A stretch of DNA of 64,000 nucleotides, from contig OY759729.1 of the NCBI GenBank assembly GCA_963662585.1, forward strand, positions 3,200,001 to 3,264,000, in the 5' to 3' direction. Below the pieces are notes generated by a model. That model made no database searches. It was not told where the DNA came from and saw nothing but the letters and a program-made list of their open reading frames with translations. This document shows, piece by piece, positions 47,501-55,602 of the stretch (positions are counted from its first letter, which is position 1; the number at the start of each line of letters is the position of its first letter). The position numbers and the translations under genes were made by a program. The stretch comes from Candidatus Cloacimonadales bacterium. GTDB lineage: Bacteria; Cloacimonadota; Cloacimonadia; Cloacimonadales; JAFGVF01.

Positions 47501-48799
47501 ATGAAAAATATAAATATTGTTGGTGCTGGCTTAGCAGGTTGTGAAGCTGCGTTAAATTTTGCTGATGCTGGATGGCAAGTCAAACTCTTCGAAATGAAAC
47601 CCAAGAAGTTCTCAGAAGCTCATAAATTATCTGGTTTTGCAGAATTAGTCTGTAGTAACTCTTTAAAGTCTCAACTAGCTACAACTGGGTCAGGACTTCT
47701 TAAAGAGGAAATGAAATTATTAGGGGGAAAACTACTAGGCATAGCTGAAGAGTGTTCAGTCCCTGCCGGAAATGCTCTAGCTGTTGATAGAGAAGGCTTT
47801 TCTCAAGCTGTTACTTCTCTAATTACTAATCATCCTAATATTACAGTAATAAATGAAGAATTTAGCTCTATAGATGATTCACTTACTGTTATTGCTACAG
47901 GACCTCTCTCATCTGATAAAATTATTGATGCTTTAACTCCTTACTTACCAGAATCAAGTCTTTACTTCTTCGATGCCATTGCTCCAATAGTGGAAAAAGA
48001 TTCTATAAATTTCGAAAGAGCTTATTTTAAGAGTAGATATGATAAAGGGGAAGCTGATTATATAAACTGTCCTTTCTCAAAAGAAGAATATTATACTTTT
48101 GTTGAAGCTTTAAATGATTCTGAAAAGCATGAAGCTAAAGAATTCGAAAATAAGTATTTTAATGATGTAAAGTTTAAGTTTTATGAGAATTGCACTCCCA
48201 TTGAAGAGTTAGCTAGAAGAGGCAAAGATACTCTTAGATTTGGCGTGCTCCGACCTGTTGGCTTAGAAGATCCCAAGACAGATAGAAGACCTTTTGCTGC
48301 CCTTCAACTTAGAATCGAAAATAGTGGACAGAATGCCTATAATTTAGTTGGATGTCAAACTATGCTTAAATATGGAGAACAGAAGAGAGTTTTTAGACTT
48401 ATACCAGGTTTAGAAACAGCTAACTTCCTCAGATATGGATCTATTCATCGTAATACTTATCTGAATGCACCTCAAGTTCTAAATCCTAATTTATCCCTGA
48501 AAAACAAAGCTAATGTCTTTATTGCAGGTCAATTAGCAGGGGTAGAAGGATATGCAGAATCAATCTTTATCGGACTTCTCATCTTCCATATTATCAATAA
48601 TGATTTAAAATCTTTACCTGATGTTACTATATCAGGTCAACTCTGGAATCATCTACGCACTGAACAAAAGAACTTTCAGCCTATGAATGCTAACTTCGGA
48701 CTGCTCCCAGCGATTGATATTAGAGAAAAAAAGAAGAAAAAAGAGATGCATGCTGAAAGGTCTATCTTAGCCTTAAAAGCCTTTTTATCAAGTCTTTAA
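47501..48799 (+). CDS. trmFO: Folate/FAD-dependent tRNA m5U54 methyltransferase
   Basis: GAGLAGCEAA, AELVCSNSL, FFDAIAP, RYGSIHRNTY, GVEGY and FQPMNANFG. Confidence 0.95.
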   Translation: MKNINIVGAGLAGCEAALNFADAGWQVKLFEMKPKKFSEAHKLSGFAELVCSNSLKSQLATTGSGLLKEEMKLLGGKLLGIAEECSVPAGNALAVDREGFSQAVTSLITNHPNITVINEEFSSIDDSLTVIATGPLSSDKIIDALTPYLPESSLYFFDAIAPIVEKDSINFERAYFKSRYDKGEADYINCPFSKEEYYTFVEALNDSEKHEAKEFENKYFNDVKFKFYENCTPIEELARRGKDTLRFGVLRPVGLEDPKTDRRPFAALQLRIENSGQNAYNLVGCQTMLKYGEQKRVFRLIPGLETANFLRYGSIHRNTYLNAPQVLNPNLSLKNKANVFIAGQLAGVEGYAESIFIGLLIFHIINNDLKSLPDVTISGQLWNHLRTEQKNFQPMNANFGLLPAIDIREKKKKKEMHAERSILALKAFLSSL

Positions 48800-48802
48800 T
48801 AA

Positions 48803-48908
48803 TGCTTATTCTTTGCACTTATAATGCTCCATCCATGCTTCATCTCACTTATCTGCACTAATTGTTGAAGTGTATTTGAGATTTAAGTTAAGGAGTAAGG
48901 GAAGAGTA
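48803..48908 (-). repeat. Copy 3 of the 34-bp-core inverted-arm element
   Basis: TGCTTA, TGCACT, TGCTCC and TGCTTC at 48803, 48814, 48825 and 48836. Arm TGCTTCATCTCACT, 34-bp core (48850-48883), then AAGGAGTA and AGAGTA 11 bp apart. Confidence 0.65.
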
Positions 48909-49042
48909 AAGAGTAATGAATAATGAGAAATGAGTAAAGAGGAAAAGATCTTTCATACGAATTAACGCGAATTAAATCAAATCTTGAGGTTTCTTCGCAT
49001 AAGCTAGGTCAACTCAGGGGAATTTAGAAAATATCCAGAAGG
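48902..49042 (+). repeat. Composite repeat, copy A (heptamer array, ACGAATTAACGCGAAT, GAATTTAGAAAATATCC)
   Basis: The same ordered blocks recur at 51358-51520. Confidence 0.6.
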
Positions 49043-49146
49043 AATTAAATAGATTAGCCCATGGTCTCATTTTTCAAAGAAAAATGAGCTCTGGGTAAAG
49101 ATTCCCTATGAAAATCTAACCCTGTAGGTGTTTTATTCTCCATTAA

Positions 49147-49219
49147 TGCTCCAGAGGAGCTAACTCTTTGTAGAACAAGATAATCTCCTAAAGAGTGCTT
49201 CGACCTGTTAAAGTCGAAG
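49147..49219 (+). repeat. 73-bp double-hairpin REP-like unit, copy 1
   Basis: GCTCC-AGA-GGAGC ... CTTCGAC/GTCGAAG. Repeated at 49384-49456. Confidence 0.85.
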
Positions 49220-49383
49220 CAGTGTTGAAAAAAATATAAGAATACCTCAAATGAATAATATTATGGATATAACAAGAGCTCGTAAACTCACCTCTTTAGT
49301 GCTGAAAGCAGGCTAAAAGATGGTAGGCTTCCTTTTAGACTAGGTCCTAACATGGGTGGTATTTTAGATTACTGGCTGTATTG

Positions 49384-49456
49384 TGCTCCAGAGGAGCTAA
49401 CTCTCTGTAGAACAAGATAATCCCTTAAAGAATGCTTCGACCTATTAAGGTCGAAG
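49384..49456 (+). repeat. 73-bp double-hairpin REP-like unit, copy 2
   Basis: Direct repeat of 49147-49219 at offset 237 with a few substitutions. Confidence 0.85.
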
Positions 49457-49736
49457 GGGAAGTGTAGAAGAGTAACTCACGAGAATAATTTTATAACTTT
49501 ATTCACGAACGAAAATTATTATAATATTTGCTGACTGGATTCTACACGGGATATATATAGTTTATTAATCCCTTTTAATCTAGGCTAATACATCTCCTTC
49601 ACAAAAGAGGGGTTAGTTCCTGTTAATCTACTTATCCAATTTCAGGAATCGATGAAAACAAAAAATAACTTGAGAAAAGAATTGACACGAAATTCAATAA
49701 TACAATAATTAAAAAAAATGTTAAGGAGTGTGCAAA

Positions 49737-50201
49737 ATGAAAAAAGGTAAAACAAATATTCAGTTTCAAGGAGTTGGATTCGCGATAACAATCACAGGAT
49801 TATTAAAAGTTTTATGGAATAAAGTTTTCCCTGAACTATTTGGTTGGAAAAAAATCACCTATTGGCAAAGTATCATGTTATATTTAATTTGCAAAGCCTT
49901 ATTTGATTTTAGATATAATATCAAAGATTCATTCAATTTTGGTAATAATAATATTAATAGTGATGGGGTTAGTAAAAAAGCTCCTATTAAAGCAAATGAT
50001 GAAGAGGTCAAAGAAGCAGAAGTTCCTAATCCTCAAGAGACAGAAGAAGTCAATACTGCTGAAAATGTAGATGTAGAAATTGATGTAGAAGAAGCTGAAG
50101 TTGAAGAAGTAGTAGAGCAAGTAGAAGAGTCAAAAGATGAAACAACTAACGACGATGATGAAGTTATTGAATTTGCTAAAAAAGAAAAAAAAGGTAAATA
50201 A
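49737..50201 (+). CDS. Conserved small membrane protein with an acidic C-terminal tail
   Basis: LWNKVFPELFGWKKITYWQS..L..L.KALF motif, E/D-rich tail, SD AAGGAG and TTGACA at 49682. Confidence 0.7.
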   Translation: MKKGKTNIQFQGVGFAITITGLLKVLWNKVFPELFGWKKITYWQSIMLYLICKALFDFRYNIKDSFNFGNNNINSDGVSKKAPIKANDEEVKEAEVPNPQETEEVNTAENVDVEIDVEEAEVEEVVEQVEESKDETTNDDDEVIEFAKKEKKGK

Positions 50202-50387
50202 ATCCTAAGTGTAATTTTACTAAAAACTTAAAAGATAGAATCTTAGGAAAAATAATTAATAAAAAACTTTAGGAATATTGTTACTAAGGCAAAAAAAATC
50301 TTGTCATCATTATTCATCAAAATAAAGTAACACAAAGTTACTAATTCTTAATAGAGTTAGTTCTTAAGTTAAATTAGAAGAGGATTA

Positions 50388-51359
50388 ATGAAGATTGGAC
50401 TTACAACCTCACTTCCCATAGAAGTGATATATGCTAGTAACAATATTCCTATTGATTTAAATAATATATTAGTATCAGGGAATGCTGAAAAAAGTGTAAC
50501 TTACGCAGAAAAAAGCGGGTTTCCTCGGAATATCTGTGCCTGGATTAAGGGACTTTATAGCGTAGCTTTAGACTCCGGTATTGATGAATTAGTAGGTGTT
50601 GTAGAGGGTGATTGTTCAAATACCCACTCCTTAATGTCTGTTCTTAAGAGTGAAGGCATAGCAGTTTCTTCCTTTTCATTTCCCTACAATAGAGAAAAGG
50701 AAAGTCTTAAAAGAGAAATTGAATCTTTTGCTAAACACTATAATGTTAGTATGGAAGAAGTATATCGAACAAAGATAAAATTAGATGAGATTAGAAAGAA
50801 ACTAATTAGACTAGATGAGCTTACTTACTTAGAAAATAAAGTAACAGGCTTAGAAAACCATATTTGGTTAGTTAGTAGCTCGGACTTTAATGGTGATTAT
50901 GAAAAATTCGACAAGGAATTAACTGATTTTATCCAAGAGGCTGAAAAGAGAAATACCCGAAAAAATGAGTTAAGAATCGCCTATCTGGGAGTTCCTCCTA
51001 TTATTACTGATCTTTATTCTACTTTTGAAGAATTAGGTGCAAGGGTTGTCTTTAATGAAGTTCAAAGACAATTTGCTATGCCTTATTTAGAGAAGGATAT
51101 TGTCCAACAATACCATAGATATAGCTATCCTTATAGTGTGGAATACAGAATTGAAGATATATTGTTGGAACTAGAAAAAAGAAAGATCGATGCTGTAATC
51201 AGTTATACTCAATCTTTTTGCCATAGGCAGATAGATAATATTCTGCTTAAGAAACATATTAACTTGCCGATATTAGTATTGGAAGGTGATAGACCTGGAA
51301 AACTTGATGAAAGAACGAAGTTGAGGATTGAGAGTTTCTTGGAAATGCTAGAGAATTGA
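50388..51359 (+). CDS. 2-hydroxyacyl-CoA dehydratase subunit (HGD-D family)
   Basis: GFPRNICAWIKG, EGDCSN, QSFCHR and LEGD...RTKLRIESFLEML. Confidence 0.8.
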   Translation: MKIGLTTSLPIEVIYASNNIPIDLNNILVSGNAEKSVTYAEKSGFPRNICAWIKGLYSVALDSGIDELVGVVEGDCSNTHSLMSVLKSEGIAVSSFSFPYNREKESLKREIESFAKHYNVSMEEVYRTKIKLDEIRKKLIRLDELTYLENKVTGLENHIWLVSSSDFNGDYEKFDKELTDFIQEAEKRNTRKNELRIAYLGVPPIITDLYSTFEELGARVVFNEVQRQFAMPYLEKDIVQQYHRYSYPYSVEYRIEDILLELEKRKIDAVISYTQSFCHRQIDNILLKKHINLPILVLEGDRPGKLDERTKLRIESFLEMLEN

Positions 51360-51520
51360 GACAAAGGCAAAGAGACAAAGGCAAAGAGACAAAGGGACAA
51401 AGAGATAGAGAGATAAAGAGATAAAAAGAAAAATACTTTCACACGATTTAACGCGAATCTAGGGGCGTATTACCATAGGCCTTCTTGAATTTTCACGAAT
51501 TTAGAAAATATCCCAGAGGG
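51358..51520 (+). repeat. Composite repeat, copy B, with GAGACAAA/GGCAAA microrepeats and a degenerate GTAG-type REP
   Basis: Purine-rich tandem array at 51358-51425, TTTCACACGATTTAACGCGAAT at 51437-51458, TAGGGGCGTATTACCATAGGCCT, and GAATTTAGAAAATATCCCAGAGGG at 51497-51520. Confidence 0.6.
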
Positions 51521-51635
51521 ATGTCATATAATAAGGAGTGTTCGCAAGGCACTCCAAGAGGCCTCGGAAAGTGCTTGGCCTGGTCAGAGAACATAAAAGT
51601 TAATAAAAAAAATAAAATATAAATATGGAGAAATA

Positions 51636-52889
51636 ATGCAAGTAGTAGATAAAATAATTATAAATGCTAATCAGTTGATTACTGTAGCAGGTGGCAATAG
51701 ACCACGCGTAGGAAGAGAGATGTCTAATTTAGGTATCATTACAAATGGTGGAATTGCAATTAAGGATGGAATAATCGTGGCAGTTGATACCACTGATAAT
51801 ATTTTAGATAACTTCAGGCCTAGTGAGATTATCGATGCAATGGATAAGGTTGTGATGCCTGGATTCGTTGATCCACATACTCACCCTATTTTTCTTAATA
51901 CTCGTGAAAATGAGTTTGAAATGAGAATAGAAGGCAAGTCTTATGTAGATATTTCCTTAGCAGGTGGAGGAATTCGTTCTACTATTTCTACGACTAAAGA
52001 TGCTCCTGAAGAGCTTCTATATGAATTAGCTCAAGAGAGAATTAAAAAGATGATTTCTTGTGGAACTACTACTTTAGAGGCTAAGTCAGGTTATGGCTTA
52101 GACACAGAGTCTGAATTAAAACAACTTAGAGTAATTAATAAGTTAAAAGAGAATGAGAAAATAGATATAGTTCCTACTTTTATGGGAGCTCATGAGTTCC
52201 CTGCAGAATACAAGGAGAATCACCGTGCTTATCTTGATATCCTTATTAATGAAATGATTCCCCAAGTTGCTCAATCTGGTTTAGCTGAGTATTGTGATAT
52301 CTTCACAGAAGATCATGTTTACTCTATCGCAGAATCACGCGAAGTGCTTCAATGTGCAAAGAGTCATGGACTGAAATTAAAGATGCATGCTGATGAAATA
52401 GTTGCAATTGGTGGTGCAGAATTAGCAGCTGAATTAGATTGCGTTTCTGCTGATCATTTAGGTGCAGCTTCAGACGCAGGTATCGCAGCATTAGCCAAGA
52501 AAGGAGTAATTGCTACTCTCTTGCCAGCAACTATTTTCTCATTGAATTTGGCTACTTATGCTGATGCACGCAAGATGATAGAACTCAAAACACCTGTTGC
52601 TTTGGCTTCCGATTTTAATCCAGGAAGTTGCAATTGTGATAATATGCAGTTTGTTATCTCTTTAGCTTGTTTACAGATGAAAATGACGCCTGCCGAAGCA
52701 ATAGTCGCGAGTACTATAAATGCAGCACATGCTATTGGAATGGCTGATAAAGTTGGAAGTTTAGAAATTGGTAAATATGCCGATATATTGATTACTGATA
52801 TGCCAAGTTATCAATATCTGCCTTACCATTTTGGTTCTAATAATATAAAAGAAGTATATAAAAAAGGTGAGTTAATTCACCAAAACTAG
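51636..52889 (+). CDS. hutI: Imidazolonepropionase
   Basis: PGFVDPHTH, EAKSGYGL, MHADE, SADHL and ASDFNPGS. Confidence 0.95.
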   Translation: MQVVDKIIINANQLITVAGGNRPRVGREMSNLGIITNGGIAIKDGIIVAVDTTDNILDNFRPSEIIDAMDKVVMPGFVDPHTHPIFLNTRENEFEMRIEGKSYVDISLAGGGIRSTISTTKDAPEELLYELAQERIKKMISCGTTTLEAKSGYGLDTESELKQLRVINKLKENEKIDIVPTFMGAHEFPAEYKENHRAYLDILINEMIPQVAQSGLAEYCDIFTEDHVYSIAESREVLQCAKSHGLKLKMHADEIVAIGGAELAAELDCVSADHLGAASDAGIAALAKKGVIATLLPATIFSLNLATYADARKMIELKTPVALASDFNPGSCNCDNMQFVISLACLQMKMTPAEAIVASTINAAHAIGMADKVGSLEIGKYADILITDMPSYQYLPYHFGSNNIKEVYKKGELIHQN

Positions 52890-52897
52890 GAGATGAT

Positions 52898-54808
52898 TTG
52901 AGCTTAGTTCAAGTTAATGATGTGGGGATATCCTTCGCAGGATTTAATCTTTTCAGTGGGATATCCTTCAATATAGATCAAGATAGTAGAATAGGATTGA
53001 TAGGACGAAACGGTTGTGGTAAAACAACTTTGATGAAGATTATCAATAAAGAGATAGAAGCATCTACCGGCAGTACTAATTATGCTTCTACTACTAAAAT
53101 TGCTTACTTAAAACAGGTAAATACCTTAGATTTGTCTTCAACTCTTTATGAGTCTGTCTTAGAAAGCAGGAAAGATTTTATAAAAAAACAAAAAAGATTG
53201 CAGAAAGTACGCGAGAAACTTTCTCATGACCATTCTGAAGAAAATTTGAATCTTCTATCTAAATTAGAAGAAGAGTTTTTTACTATTGGTGGTTATGATT
53301 ATGAAACAAATATTAAGCTAATTCTCACTTCCTTAGGATTTGGAGAGGAATTTTGGAATAATAAAATTGAGAAATTCAGTGGGGGAGAACAGACTAGAAT
53401 AGAATTAGCTAAGATATTACTTTCAGATTTTAATGTTCTCTTACTTGATGAACCTACTAACCATCTTGATTTACACATGATTAGCTGGTTAGAAGGGTAT
53501 TTATCTAATCTGGGAATACCTTATATTATAATTTCTCATGATAAAGAGTTTTTAAACAAAACAGTAAAGAAAATCTTTGAAATTGAAAATAAAGGAATTT
53601 CTACTTATGGTGGAAACTATTCATTTTATGAAGCAGAATCTGCTCTTCGTAAGGAACAACAAGAGAAAGCTTATCAACAGCAACAAAAACATATTGATAC
53701 AACAATGGATTTTGTGAGGAGAAACATCGGATCACAGAAAACTATCCAGGCTCGTTCCCGCTTAAAACAGTTAGATAAGTTGGAAAGAATTGATGCTGTT
53801 AGTAATGATAAAAGATTCAATCTGAACTTTGAATCATCAGCTAGAACAGGTAATGATGTCTTTGTCTTTGAAGAGGCTGAGCTAGGTTTCCCTTCACTTG
53901 TCTTGGCAAAAGATATTAACATTAGAGCTCAATACCAGGAAAGAATTGCTATTATAGGACGAAACGGTTGTGGTAAAACAACTTTGATTAAGGTCTTACT
54001 GCAAGAGGAAGCTTTGTTGAGAGGTAAATGCAAAATTGGAAGCAATATTAATATTGGTTATTTTGACCAATTCCATAGTAGCTTAGATCCTCAACTTACG
54101 CCTAAAGAAACAATCTGGCAAATGGTTCCAAATGAAACTATCGGTTATGTTTTGAAGTATCTAGCTCGTTATGGTTTTACTGGTGATGATGTTGAAAAGC
54201 AAATTAGCTACATGAGTGGTGGTGAAAAGGCTAGATTAAACCTAGCTGTATTAATTCATCAACAACCTAATGTTCTCTTGCTAGATGAACCTACTAACCA
54301 TTTAGATATTATGATGGTAGATGATTTGATATCTTCCTTGCAAGATTATTCTGGTACCATTATCTTTGTTTCTCATGATCGTAACTTTATCTCTAAATTA
54401 GCAGATAAATTCTGGCTCTTCCAAAATAAGAAAATTATCGAAACTAAGGATGATTGGGTTAAAATACTTGATAGATTCTTGAATGATGATAATAAAAAGA
54501 AGAGTAATTCAGATGATAAGTCTGATAGAGTTAAAAATACTGATAGGAAAAAGAAAGTAAATCCCTATTTTATTGAGAAGTTAATGTCGCAAATAGAAGA
54601 GAAAGAAGATAGAATAGTAATGCTGGAAAATGAAAAAGAAGATATTCAGGAAATATATAGTGATCAGTCTATCTATTCTGATAAGGATTATGTAAAGACC
54701 CTAAATAATAGGACTGAAGAGCTTGATACAATGTTGGATCATGAGTATAATCAGCTTCAAATTTTGGAAGAAGAGTATTTGCTGTTAACTGAGAATGAGC
54801 TGGACTAG
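52898..54808 (+). CDS. ABC-F family ATP-binding protein (YheS/Uup-like)
   Basis: Two NBDs (GRNGCGKTT, SGGE, LLDEPTNHLD), no TM segments, C-terminal coiled coil. TTG start after AGGAG. Confidence 0.9.
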   Translation: MSLVQVNDVGISFAGFNLFSGISFNIDQDSRIGLIGRNGCGKTTLMKIINKEIEASTGSTNYASTTKIAYLKQVNTLDLSSTLYESVLESRKDFIKKQKRLQKVREKLSHDHSEENLNLLSKLEEEFFTIGGYDYETNIKLILTSLGFGEEFWNNKIEKFSGGEQTRIELAKILLSDFNVLLLDEPTNHLDLHMISWLEGYLSNLGIPYIIISHDKEFLNKTVKKIFEIENKGISTYGGNYSFYEAESALRKEQQEKAYQQQQKHIDTTMDFVRRNIGSQKTIQARSRLKQLDKLERIDAVSNDKRFNLNFESSARTGNDVFVFEEAELGFPSLVLAKDINIRAQYQERIAIIGRNGCGKTTLIKVLLQEEALLRGKCKIGSNINIGYFDQFHSSLDPQLTPKETIWQMVPNETIGYVLKYLARYGFTGDDVEKQISYMSGGEKARLNLAVLIHQQPNVLLLDEPTNHLDIMMVDDLISSLQDYSGTIIFVSHDRNFISKLADKFWLFQNKKIIETKDDWVKILDRFLNDDNKKKSNSDDKSDRVKNTDRKKKVNPYFIEKLMSQIEEKEDRIVMLENEKEDIQEIYSDQSIYSDKDYVKTLNNRTEELDTMLDHEYNQLQILEEEYLLLTENELD

Positions 54809-54882
54809 AAAAAGTATTTAACTTGTCTAAGAATAGACTGATAAATGAATAAAAACCTAATCTTAACAAAGTAGGAGAGAAA

Positions 54883-55602
54883 ATGAAACATTTAGATATT
54901 ATTATCTTATTAGGAAGACCTGCTTCTGGTAAATCTGAAATTATTGATTTTATTAAGAGAAGAAAACTTGTTGATAGAATAGAGAATTATCATATAGCTA
55001 ACATTAAAGAGATGGATGATTTTCCTATGTTGTGGACTTGGTTTGAAGAAGACCATATCAGGGAAAATGTTCTAAAGGTAGAGAGAATTCACTCTACTAA
55101 TGATGGTTACTTTTTACATAACTATCAATGGAATCTACTTATCGAAAGATTTAATCTTGAATATGATAAATTATTGACTGAAGATGCTAATATTTTTGCT
55201 GAGAATACTCTCTTAATAGAATTCTCTAGAGGTAGTGAACATGGAGGCTATAAATCAGCTTTTAAACATCTTAGTTCTAATATTCTTAAAAGAGCTGCTA
55301 TCTTCTATGTTGATGTTCCTTGGGAAGAATCTCTACGAAAAAATAGACGCAGATTTAATCCTGATAAACCACATTCTATCCTAGAACACGGACTTCCTGA
55401 TGATAAACTCAAGAGATTATATCAAGAAGTTGATTGGGAAGACTTTATATCAGGGAGCAATGATTATCTAACTATAAATAATATCAAAGTTCCTTTTGTT
55501 GTTTTAAATAATATGCCTGAAGTTACTAATAGTGACGAGAAAATGGAAGTAGCTCTTAAAGAACATTTCTCACACTTATGGAGATTGTACCAAGCAAAAT
55601 AG
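54883..55602 (+). CDS. Uncharacterised P-loop NTPase (nucleotide-kinase-like)
   Basis: N-terminal LLGRPASGKSE Walker A, FYVDVPWEESLRKNRRR lid-like segment, SD AGGAG. Confidence 0.65.
   Translation: MKHLDIIILLGRPASGKSEIIDFIKRRKLVDRIENYHIANIKEMDDFPMLWTWFEEDHIRENVLKVERIHSTNDGYFLHNYQWNLLIERFNLEYDKLLTEDANIFAENTLLIEFSRGSEHGGYKSAFKHLSSNILKRAAIFYVDVPWEESLRKNRRRFNPDKPHSILEHGLPDDKLKRLYQEVDWEDFISGSNDYLTINNIKVPFVVLNNMPEVTNSDEKMEVALKEHFSHLWRLYQAK

Noticed and set aside
49147..49456. CRISPR array
   Set aside because: Only two 73-bp units with a 164-bp gap, and no cas genes.
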